This document shows, one piece after another, positions 49,553 through 59,715 of a stretch of 64,000 nt of DNA (the first letter of the stretch is position 1; every line of letters begins with the position of its first letter). The notes under the pieces were generated by a model that ran no database searches, was not told the origin of the DNA, and saw only the letters and a program-made list of their open reading frames with translations. The stretch is from assembly GCA_963836075.1 (NCBI GenBank), contig CAWIIB010000001.1:1-64000 (forward strand). The letters run 5' to 3'. The position numbers and the translations under genes are program-made. This DNA comes from an uncultured Acidobacteriota bacterium. GTDB taxonomy: Bacteria > Acidobacteriota > JAQAZP01.

Positions 49553-50856
49553 CAGGCTGTTGAAAAACTCTTGAAAACGTTGCGTCCATGAACGTCGCGT
49601 ACTACAATGCCGCCATTGACAAAATCCAACAAAACAGGTGGTGCAATGCGCGGTGGTGACGAGCACGAGCAGGACATGTTCTGCTATATCTCCCTTGAAG
49701 AACGAGTGCCCCAGGATCATCCTCTGCGGCCGATGAGGAAAATGGTCGATGAGGCACTGGCCAACCTGACCCATGACTTCCAGGAGATGTATTCCCGGGT
49801 CGGCCGGCCTTCCATTCCTCCGGAGCGACTCTTACGAGCTCTTCTGCTTCAGTATCTTTACACCATCCGCAGTGAACGAATGCTGGTCGAGCAGCTTGAT
49901 TACAACCTCCTGTTCCGCTGGTTCGTCGGCCTCTCGATGAGTGATCCTGTCTGGAACCACGCAACCTTCTCCAAGAACCGTGAGCGGTTGATGGACTCGG
50001 ATATCGCGGTGAAGTTCTTCCTCGAGATCAAGGAGCAAGCTGAAAAGAAGAACCTCCTCTCGAACGAACATTTTACTGTTGACGGCACCCTCATCGAATC
50101 CTTGGCTTCGCTGAAGAGCTTTAAGCCGAAGGATGGTTCTGACGACCCGCCTGCCCCCGGTGCCGGCGGCCGAAACCCAAAGGTCGACTTCCATAACCAG
50201 AAGCGGAAGAACGATACCCATGCCTCCACGACTGATCCCGATGCTCGGCTGATGCGTAAAGGCAAAGGCAAGGAAGCCAAGCTCAACTTCATGGGTCACG
50301 TCCTGATGGAAAACCGCAACGGGCTCGTCGTCAACACCAGCCTGACACTGGCAACGGGAACAGCCGAACGCGATGCTGCCGGGGACATGATCTACGAGGT
50401 CCCAGGCGATCACCGTATTACCGTTGGCGCTGACAAAAACTACGATACAAAAGGCTTCATCAAGAAGCTTCGTTCTTACAACGTGACACCTCACGTGGCC
50501 AGGAAGAAGAACTCGGCCATCGATGACCGAACAACACGCCATGAGGGCTACGATGTCAGCCAGCGAGTCCGCAAGCGAGTGGAAGAGATCTTCGGTTGGA
50601 TGAAAACCATCGCTCCACTCCGTAAGGCTCATCACATCGGTAAAAAGAAAGTCGCTTGGGACTTCACCTTCGCTGCCGCAGCCTTCAACCTGATCCGAAT
50701 GAGAAACATCAACGCACTATCACCGCCATGAGGCGATAAATATGAAGCCGGAACGAGTCTTGATCACGATCATCTCGAAATAATCGAAGCAGCAGGCCGG
50801 CATCAACAGCAAGAACAGGTAGTCGGAAGCGAAATCACAGTTTTTTCAACAGCCTG
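49553..50856 (+). mobile_element. IS5-family element, complete with intact transposase (ORF 49607/49646-50731)
   Basis: IRs CAGGCTGTTGAAAAA / TTTTTCAACAGCCTG with CTAG duplication. GRPSIPPE, VDGTLI, GADKNYD, RKRVEEIFGWMK. Confidence 0.96.
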
Positions 50857-50901
50857 CTAGGTTTTTCAACTTTAACCTTCCACTAATGTAAGGTGATAAT
50901 A

Positions 50902-52830
50902 ATGCCCGGTATTTATGGTTTTTTAGACAATAATCACAGCGTCAAACTATTAAAAACTGAAGGTAAAGCTAAACGATACCTGAATCATCTCAGTCATTAT
51001 CATCAGAACTCTGTTTTTGTTGATAACTATATATCAGGAATATCTGTACCCTATGAAATCATTCCAATTGGCCCACATCATGATAAAAAGAATGGTTTAG
51101 TAATTAATTTAGATGGCAGAATCGACTATTATATTGATGATAATGGATACAAACATACACCAATTAATGATGATGTTTATAAAATTATTGCGAATCTATT
51201 TATTAAACATGGAAATAATATACCATCTTATTTATCCGGTTCATATAACATCACAATTTATAGCCAAAGCAATAAAGAGTTGATAATATTCAACGATATT
51301 ATCGGTAACAGATTTCTTTATTACTATTTCTGCGAAGATTATTTCATTTATGGGCCTGAATTAAAAACATTTCTTGCCCATCCATATTTTAAGCCGCGAC
51401 CAAATATGTATGCACTAGCAGATATATGCAATTTTCAAAAGATATGGGGATATAAAACATTATTAGAAGATGTATATCTATTGCCTGCAGCCAGTATTTT
51501 AATTCTTTCAAAAAAACATATTGACGTCAACTCATATTTCATTCCAAGTCACACTGGAAACAAGGCACTTGATACTGATGAAGAATTAATTGATGAAGGT
51601 TGGAAACTTATCAATCAGAGTGTTGACCGCTGTCTCGCAGACAAAGTATCCGTAGCCTTGCCTATAACAGCGGGGCTTGATTCTAGACTTCTACTGGCCG
51701 CAGTGAAGATGCGTGGGGTGGATTACACATGTTACACACATGCGGATAGTAAATCTTGTGTTGAATACAAGATTGCGCGAATAGTAACCCAAAGAATGCA
51801 AGTTCCAAAACATATATTTATATTGATATCTCCAGATACTGTTGGGCAATACTTGCATTATGCCGCTTGGCTAAATGATTGTACGGAATTAGCTAGTGCT
51901 TCATATCATGTAGATATAGCACATCAAATGACTTCCGGCAGTGACGGTTTAATGAACGGTATATTTGGTGGTCATATGAGCTTTTCTGATGGATTTTATA
52001 TTCCTGAACACGACCGAACCGATCTTGATTTCGATAATCGTTATTCCCTATTTACCGATATTGTAAAAGCAAGGGGCCGATCTATTACTGACCCACCTCC
52101 CCCTGCAGGAATATATTCTGATCCATATTCAGAATTTTTATATAGCACTGCAAAATCAACTATTATAAAGGGACTAAAGCAGTTTGAACGAATAAGCGAT
52201 AATTTCTCTGAACAGATCGTCGCTTACGTAAGAGACACATTATTACGTAACATGATGAATCGAAAAGATATTAATCGAATATTCCAGAAAGATGAACTTG
52301 TTTTCAGCGATCCTGACCTTTTTCGTTATTTTCTCGATATTCCATTTCGTAAGAAACATAATAATAAAATATATTATGGTATTTTCAAAAAATATTTACC
52401 CCATTTAATAGATATGCCGACAATTCATACTGGAGAGAATGCAAGAAGGAAAAACCTTATTGACGAAAGCAGGAGTATTGCAAGAAAAGATATGAATTAC
52501 CTAAAATATATTCTTTCTCATTACATAGGAAGAGCTAGCGGAGGCATAATAAATATTCGAAATAATATGCAATATAAACATTATAATCAATGGTATAGAA
52601 CTTCAAAGATACTGCGATTAAATATAGAAAAGATACTATTGGATGATAGAACGCTGGGACGTAAACATATCAATCCGGATATTGTCAGGCAGAGAATTAA
52701 GAAACAGAGAAGAGGTGGTGAGGAATATGGCAAGCTGCTGATCTTAACTCAAATCGAGTTGTTTTATCGTTTATTTATTGAACATGATGAGCAACCTCAA
52801 GGGATTGAGATTCTCAACAGGCATCAATAG
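50902..52830 (+). CDS. Asparagine-synthetase-like amidoligase lacking the N-terminal catalytic Cys
   Basis: Starts MPGIYG. NDIIGNRFLYY, ITAGLDSRLL (PP-loop), C-terminal ELFYRLF. AT-rich. Confidence 0.85.
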   Translation: MPGIYGFLDNNHSVKLLKTEGKAKRYLNHLSHYHQNSVFVDNYISGISVPYEIIPIGPHHDKKNGLVINLDGRIDYYIDDNGYKHTPINDDVYKIIANLFIKHGNNIPSYLSGSYNITIYSQSNKELIIFNDIIGNRFLYYYFCEDYFIYGPELKTFLAHPYFKPRPNMYALADICNFQKIWGYKTLLEDVYLLPAASILILSKKHIDVNSYFIPSHTGNKALDTDEELIDEGWKLINQSVDRCLADKVSVALPITAGLDSRLLLAAVKMRGVDYTCYTHADSKSCVEYKIARIVTQRMQVPKHIFILISPDTVGQYLHYAAWLNDCTELASASYHVDIAHQMTSGSDGLMNGIFGGHMSFSDGFYIPEHDRTDLDFDNRYSLFTDIVKARGRSITDPPPPAGIYSDPYSEFLYSTAKSTIIKGLKQFERISDNFSEQIVAYVRDTLLRNMMNRKDINRIFQKDELVFSDPDLFRYFLDIPFRKKHNNKIYYGIFKKYLPHLIDMPTIHTGENARRKNLIDESRSIARKDMNYLKYILSHYIGRASGGIINIRNNMQYKHYNQWYRTSKILRLNIEKILLDDRTLGRKHINPDIVRQRIKKQRRGGEEYGKLLILTQIELFYRLFIEHDEQPQGIEILNRHQ

Positions 52831-52929
52831 CCAACGTCCGGCTCTCATTTGTAATGCTCTATGCTACAAGAAATAAAAGCGGACATGATTACTGGAAATG
52901 GCAATCAATCAGCCCAAGGAGAATGACAT

Positions 52930-54225
52930 ATGGCCAGGGATATATATATGCAGTATAAGCAATATATTGCAAATAATATGAATTTGCGCCTTTATGACAT
53001 CGCTTTTACCAGAGGCAATCAACAGTATTTATTCGATATTAATAACATCAAATATCTTGATATGTTCTCCGGTGCAACAACTGCCATACTCGGGTACAAC
53101 AACGATGAAATCATAAATGAGTATGTGAAGACTTGTAAAAAGTTGCACCATACATGCAGTGTCTATACTCCTACAGAAGAAGTTATACATCTTGCGAGTA
53201 AATTAGTAGGAATCGTACCATCTTCTGGTTCAAATAAAGTAATATTTGGTCTTTCTGGGTCAGATGCCATTGAATGTTCGATTAAGGCGGCAAGAAAATA
53301 TACAAACCGAAGTGTTGTAATCTGCTTTGATAAAGCCTACCATGGCTCATGCGGGTTATCCATCAGCGCAACACAATGGGACTCGTTGCAAGAAGGGCTT
53401 CTACTTGATAACCATTTCATAACGTTTCCATACCCAAAGAGTTGTGACGAAGGAGAGAACGTTCTGTCGGAAATTGTTAAGTATGTAAACCAGGATCTGC
53501 CTGCTGCTGTGATTATGGAGTCTATACAAGGTGATGGAGGTATGTATCCTGGAAATAAAGCATTCATGAAAACCTTAACTGATTTATGCAATCAAAAAGA
53601 GATACTTGTAATTATAGATGAAATCCAGTCCGGAATGTCCAGAACCGGTAAATGGTGGGGATATGAACACGTCGATATTAAACCTGATATAGTCGTTATT
53701 GGGAAGTCTACAAGCGCTGGTTACGGTGTGCTAAGTGCTGTAATAGGAAGGGGTGATGTGCTGGATTCATTACGTAAGGGGCAACATGTCTTTACATATT
53801 CTGCAAGTCCATATTCTTGTTCTGTCTGCTCCAAAGTCATTGATATTATAAAAAGGGATAATCTTCTTACAAATAATGAGCAACTCGGTGCGTATTATTT
53901 AAATAAGTTGAAAAAAATATCTTCTCCACTAATTGCAGGGGTCAGAGGAATAGGTTTAATGATAGGAGTCGAGATTCGTAATCAAGATAATATTAATGCG
54001 GGTCTTGTTGGATTGCGTTGTGCAGAAAAAGGTATTTATTTTGGGTATTATGGACAAAACAATGAAGTATTACGAATACATCCACCATACATTATTAACA
54101 AAAATAATATTGACGTTGCATGTGAAGCAATCGAAGAGACCCTACAAGAGATCACCCTAGGTTTAATACCAAAAGAAACATATTCAAAATTCAATAACGT
54201 ATGTGTTGGATTAGGAGAGCCATGA
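52930..54225 (+). CDS. Class III PLP-dependent aminotransferase
   Basis: YLDMFSG, SGSDAIE, AYHG, ESIQGDGG, IDEIQSGMSRTG, PDIVVIGKS. Confidence 0.93.
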   Translation: MARDIYMQYKQYIANNMNLRLYDIAFTRGNQQYLFDINNIKYLDMFSGATTAILGYNNDEIINEYVKTCKKLHHTCSVYTPTEEVIHLASKLVGIVPSSGSNKVIFGLSGSDAIECSIKAARKYTNRSVVICFDKAYHGSCGLSISATQWDSLQEGLLLDNHFITFPYPKSCDEGENVLSEIVKYVNQDLPAAVIMESIQGDGGMYPGNKAFMKTLTDLCNQKEILVIIDEIQSGMSRTGKWWGYEHVDIKPDIVVIGKSTSAGYGVLSAVIGRGDVLDSLRKGQHVFTYSASPYSCSVCSKVIDIIKRDNLLTNNEQLGAYYLNKLKKISSPLIAGVRGIGLMIGVEIRNQDNINAGLVGLRCAEKGIYFGYYGQNNEVLRIHPPYIINKNNIDVACEAIEETLQEITLGLIPKETYSKFNNVCVGLGEP

Positions 54226-54262
54226 AATCTGGGGTCCACATCTCTTTTACCTGCTGAGTAAT

Positions 54263-54822
54263 TTGAAGATCGACCGGCCAAACCAGGTCTGGTGCGCTGA
54301 TATCACCTACATCCCGATGCGGCGCGGCTTCCTCTACCTGGTGGCGATCATGGACTGGTCGACCCGGCCGTGCTCTCCTGGCGGCTGTCCAACACGATGG
54401 ACTCGGGTTTTTGCATCGACGCGCTCAAGGAGGCGCTGCGCGTTACGGGACGCCGGAGATCTTCAATACCGACCAGGGCAGCCAGTTTACCGACGATGGC
54501 TTTACCGACGTGCTGAAGACCGCCAACGTCCGGATCTCGATGGACGGCAAGGGCCGGTGGATGGACAACGTGTTCATCGAACGGCTCTGGCGCTCTCTCA
54601 AATACGAATGCGTTTATCTGCATGGTTTCGAGAACGGCATCTAGGCCCTGAAGAAGATCGGGACCTGGATCAAGCATTACAATGAGGACCGCCCCCACCC
54701 ACTGTTCGATGATGACAAGACGCCCATGGAGGCTTACACCGAGAGGATGGCGGCGTGATCAACAACGTGGAGTCCACCTTAAACTGGCCTGAGGGCTGTC
54801 CAAAGAATGGGGTCCACCTCTA
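54263..54822 (+). mobile_element. IS3-family 3' fragment with right end (relative of 44601-45749)
   Basis: IDRPNQVWCADITY...SLKYECVYL with an in-frame stop. End TGTCCAAAGAATGGGGTCCACCTC. Confidence 0.88.
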
Positions 54823-54980
54823 CCTGTTAACCGGAGAGGGCGGAGGATACCGTATATTTGTATCATTTGAGAACACTTAAGTGCTCGTTCAAAAGATAGC
54901 CAGACCGCAGTATAATTTTAGTAGTTGAATGTGCGATACTTATTTGGATTTGTTAACCGGACAAAAGAGGAAACCGAAAA

Positions 54981-55877
54981 ATGAACAAGATTCTGATGGT
55001 GCTCACCCTCATTTTGTTTCTGGGCTGTCTTTGCGGAGTCTATTCATTGAGCAAGTATTTTCTCCGCCAAACGGCATATCACTTCTTTGAATCGAGAATT
55101 GGAGAAATCTAGCCAGGCGGTGGAGGAGCTGACCAGTCTACTGGGCGCGAAGTGTCCAACGAAGATGGTCTTTCTGCATCATTCCGTGGGGCGGAACATT
55201 CTAAATGCTGGGGGCTTGCGGCGCCAATTGCTCGATCTCGGTATTTTCGTCAGCGGTGCGACATATGGTGACGATATTGGCCAGCACACCGATATTCGTG
55301 GACTGGCTGCCGAAGTTCGAGAACGAGATGGAGAAAATACTCACGTTCAAGTCGCACCCAAACCAATACTATTCGGATGGAACCAGAAACGAAATCGTGA
55401 TGTTCAAATCTTGCTATCCAAACAGTGATATCGTGGATGTATCCTCTGTTACAGTCGGACTCCGCTGCTTTCGCCTAAAACAATGGTCAACTTACCAGTC
55501 CGCCTTCATTTCTCTGAAGCATGAAATGATGAAGAGGGGGGACACGTTTTTCGTCTATCTGACGGCCCCTCCCCTGATTCCGGAAAAGACCACCCCTGAG
55601 AATGCGGCCCGGGCCCGACAGTTCAATGACTGGCTGATCAACGAATACCTCGCGGAGTACCGGAGATGAATCGTCTAGCGATAATTTCATCGTCTTTGAC
55701 CTGTTCGGTTTCCTTGCCGGTCCGGACAATATGCTGAAGGAAGCGTATCGTGTCGACAAGCCGGCTGACGCACATCCGAACGACGAGGCCAGCAAACTCG
55801 CAGCCGAGGCGTTTGTCGAATTCTTCACTCCACTGTGGGAAGAATGGGAGAGGAGAAAGGGGGAGGGGGCTGTCTGA
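54981..55877 (+). CDS. Membrane-anchored SGNH-like protein, copy 2 (frameshifted)
   Basis: Colinear nucleotide similarity with 41841-42732 from start to stop. Confidence 0.7.
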
Positions 55878-55926
55878 GGCCGCCCAATCGACACGGTATT
55901 TCAACTCTTTCAAATCGGAGACCGAA

Positions 55927-57247
55927 ATGCTCGAACAGTTGCTGGAGAAGATCGAATCCCGCAAGGCCGTGATCGGCATTGTCGGGCTGGGCTATGTTGG
56001 CCTGCCGCTGGTGCGGGAATTTGCCGGTGGCGGCGCGAAGGTGCTTGGATTTGACGTGGATGCCAAAAAGGTCAAGTCCCTTCTGGCGGGCAAGAGCTAC
56101 ATCGACCACATCCCCTCCCGAACGGTCAAGGAAATTGTCCAGCAGCGGGCGTTTCGATGCCACCACCGATTTCACCCGGCTCGGGGAAGCCGACTGCATC
56201 CTGATCTGCGTTCCCACCCCGTTGACCAGGATGCGCGAACCTGACATGACCTATGTCGAGGCCACGGCACGGACCATTGCCGAGAACCTTCGGCGCGGGC
56301 AGCTGGTCGTCCTGGAATCCACCACCTATCCCGGCACCACCCGGGAGGTGATGCTGCCGCTGCTCGAGGAATCCGGGCTGAAGGTGGGGAAGGATTTCTT
56401 CCTCGGCTTTTCACCCGAGCGGGAGGACCCGGGCCGCAAGGATTTCAGCACCCGGACGATCCCCAAGGTGGTCGGGGGGTATGATCGGAACTCGCTCAAG
56501 GCGGCGGTGGCCTGTTACCAGATCGCCATCGACACGGTGGTCCCGGTGTCCAGCTGCGAAGCGGCCGAGGCCTGCAAGATCCTCGAGAACACCTACCGCT
56601 GTGTCAACATCGCCCTGGTCAACGAGCTGAAGGTGCTCTTCGACCGGATGGGCATCGATGTCTGGGAGGTCATCGCCGGCTCGGCCACCAAGCCCTTCGG
56701 CTTCACGCCGTTCTACCCCGGGCCGGGTCTGGGGGGGCACTGCATCCCCATCGATCCCTTCTACCTCTCCTGGAAGGCCAAGCAGTTCGGGATGACCACG
56801 CGGTTCATCGAGCTGGCCGGCGAGATCAACGTCTCCATGCCGGAGTTCGTGATCCACAAGTTGATGGATGCCCTCAATGACCGCGTAAGAAGGCCCTTAG
56901 GGGGTCGCGGATACTGGTGCTCGGCCTGGCCTACAAGAAGGACATCGACGACGTGCGCGAGAGCCCGTCCCTCGAGCTGATCAAGCTGCTGCGGGAGAAG
57001 GGCGCCCGGGTCGACTACAACGACCCCTATCTGCCCGAAAACGCACAAGATGCGCGAATACAACCTGCAGATGACGTCGAAGAAGCTGACGGCGGCGATG
57101 CTCAAGCGCTACGATGCCGTGCTGATCAGCACCGATCACTCGGTATACGACTACCAGTTCATCGTCGACAACGCGCAGCTGGTTATCGATACCCGCAACG
57201 CCACCGGGAATGTCAAACGCGGCCGCAGGAAGATCGTCAGTGCCTGA
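55927..57247 (+). CDS. UDP-N-acetyl-D-hexosamine 6-dehydrogenase (WbpA/WecC family; frameshifted)
   Basis: [59 protein letters not shown]. Confidence 0.93.
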
Positions 57248-57280
57248 CCGGTGCGACCGGAGCAAAGGAAACCTGATGCC

Positions 57281-58225
57281 ATGGCAAAATATCTGATCAC
57301 CGGCGGAGCCGGATTTATCGGCAGCAACCTGGCCCGTTACATCCTCGACAAGGGTGGGGAAGTGGTGGTGCTCGACAACTTCGCCACCGGCAAGAGAGAG
57401 AACCTCGCCGGGATCGAAGGGCAATATGTGCTGGTTGAAGGCGATATCCGCGACCGGAGCGCCGTGGATCGCGCCATGGACGGCTGTTCGGCGGTATTCC
57501 ATCAGGCGGCGCTGGGATCCGTGCCGCGGAGCATGGAAGATCCGGGGACCAGCCACGATGTGAACGTCAACGGAACGGTCAACATCCTTGAATCCGCTCG
57601 CGCGGCCGGGGTCAGGCGGGTGGTCTTTGCCGCCTCCTCGAGCGCGTACGGCGACCAGGTCGAGTCACCGAAGCACGAAGGCATGGTGCCGTTGCCGATC
57701 AGCCCCTATGCGGCGGGCAAGGTGAGCTGTGAGTCGTATATGCGGGCCTACGCCAAGGGCTTCGGTATGGAAACGGTCAGTCTGCGCTACTTCAATGTCT
57801 TCGGTCCCCGCCAGGACCCGGAAGGCGCCTATGCGGCGGTGATCCCGGCCTTTGTCAGCCGGTTGCTGCGTGACCAGCGGCCAACCGTCTACGGTGACGG
57901 CGAGCAGTCGCGGGATTTCTGCTACATTGAAAATGTCTGCAATGCCAACTGGCTGGCCGCCCACGCACCAGCCGCTGAATGCAGTGGCGCAGTGGTCAAC
58001 ATCGCCTGTGGAGAACGGGTCAGCCTCAACGAGATCCTCTCGCTGCTGCGGCAATTGCTGGATAGCGATCTTCAAGCCGAGTACCAGGATGTCCGTCCGG
58101 GCGACGTCAAACACTCCCTGGCCGACGTCTCTCTGGCCAAAAAGGTGATCGGCTACGAACCGTCGATCATGTTCAAGGAAGGCCTGGAGAAGGCGATCGG
58201 CTGGTATCGCGAGAACCTGGGCTGA
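57281..58225 (+). CDS. NAD-dependent epimerase (WbpP/TviC-like UDP-GlcNAc(A) 4-epimerase)
   Basis: TGGAGFIG, HQAALGSVPRS, YAAGK, LRYFNVFGPRQDP..AYAAVIP. Confidence 0.93.
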   Translation: MAKYLITGGAGFIGSNLARYILDKGGEVVVLDNFATGKRENLAGIEGQYVLVEGDIRDRSAVDRAMDGCSAVFHQAALGSVPRSMEDPGTSHDVNVNGTVNILESARAAGVRRVVFAASSSAYGDQVESPKHEGMVPLPISPYAAGKVSCESYMRAYAKGFGMETVSLRYFNVFGPRQDPEGAYAAVIPAFVSRLLRDQRPTVYGDGEQSRDFCYIENVCNANWLAAHAPAAECSGAVVNIACGERVSLNEILSLLRQLLDSDLQAEYQDVRPGDVKHSLADVSLAKKVIGYEPSIMFKEGLEKAIGWYRENLG

Positions 58226-58272
58226 TCAGCAGAAGACCGGGGGCATCCGGAATCTGCCTGACCGTCGACCGT

Positions 58273-58840
58273 TCAGTTGACCTGCGGGCTATCAATGGGG
58301 ATCAGTCGGCCGTGATCCAGGTAGAGATCCACCTTCCTCTCGGGCGATACCATGAAAATCACCACCGCCTGAATCGACCCGGTATCCAGCTTTCGGTGCT
58401 TTCCGGAAACCATCAGTCCGTCCAGCGGGATGGTCACCGTGTTGTGCCCCGGTGTGAGGGGGACGCGACGGTTGACGCGGTCCCGGTATTCCGGCTTGTC
58501 CTCACGGTCATCGATCCGGACCACCAGTTCCAGGTTGTCTTTGCCCGGGTTGAATACGTCGAAGGTGAAGGCACTGAATCCCCGCCAGTCGGAGTGTCGG
58601 ATACGAGGGGTTGAAACCGGGATATGCGTGAGGGGAAGAGTTCGAGGTGCAGCGCTTTCTCGCCGTGAGTGACATGCTCATTCGACAGGCTGAAAAGAGT
58701 AGTGGCACTTCCAAGACATTCGATCCAGTTCCTCCTCGGTTTCGAAGTCGAAGAGGATCTCTTCCCTCGATGGCGGGTTCTGCCCGCAGGTACGCACAAG
58801 AACAGAACGATGAAACAGCAGCGATAACCGGCCTGTCATG
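58273..58840 (-). CDS. Hypothetical exported/lipoprotein with carbohydrate-binding-like domain (frameshifted)
   Basis: Signal-like N-terminus, ILFDFE, DWRGF, VRIDD...LYLD. Confidence 0.5.
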
Positions 58841-58850
58841 TTTCCATCGT

Positions 58851-59715
58851 TCATAATGCTATCGTCACCGTGATGAAGACCTGCGGTCTGACCGGCGGTC
58901 GAAATGCAACACCACCAACTCCGGCCTCCGTCCAATCCTCACCGGGAACTGGCTGGTGCCCACCCCCCGGCTGACATACATCTGTTTCCTCTCCGTCCGA
59001 AAGTGGCCTTGATCGTATACGGCGCATTTCTCGTAGCCCAGCAGGCTCCAGACCCGGGAGGGCAGTGGCACCTGGCCGCCGTGGGTGTCCCCGGAGAGCA
59101 CCAGCAGATCCCGGTTTCCCGGGCAGCGCGTCGAAAGCGAGGGGGCTGTGGCTGAGCAGGATGTGGGGTCTGGGCCCTGTTGGCTGTTCCAGATCCTTTT
59201 CATCCAGCCCGCCGATCACGATCTCTCCCTCCGGGAGGCGGACCAGTTCGGCGGAGTTTCGCAGAAACCGGACAGCGTGGCTGTTTGACGGCTTGCCCGT
59301 TCCCGACTCGTGACAGAAGAGGCAGCTTTTTCGGGAGTTGCTGTAATCGTAATCACCCATCACCGCCCAGATTCCGATCCGGGCCTGAAGCCGGCTCAGA
59401 AACTCGAGGGCGGCCTCGTAGTCGCCGTCCCACTGCACATAATCCCCGGTGAGGAAGATGACGTCGGGGTCGAGATCGTCCAGCAGATCGAGGATCTTTT
59501 TCTCCCGCCGGCCGATGCTGCTCATGTGCAGGTCGGAGATCTGGACCACCACCAGATCGCGCAAGACTGCGCCGGGGGTGAAATCCTCGATCTGCACATG
59601 GTGCACCTCGAGGAGATACGGCTCGATGAGTGTTCCGTAGAGTGTCAGTACAGGTGATCACTCCGATGAGTAGCAGAGCAAGAATCTTGAGTGGTTTCGA
59701 CGGGTGCTGCCTCAA
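58851..59715 (-). CDS. YkuE-like metallophosphoesterase (frameshifted)
   Basis: QISDLH, LTGDYV, MGDYD, LLSHSP, LSGDTHGGQ, YVSRGVG. Confidence 0.85.

Noticed and set aside
54229-54256. GGGGTCCACATCTC resembling the IS3 right end at 54809-54820
   Set aside because: Too short and imperfect to call a separate element. It may be a scar.
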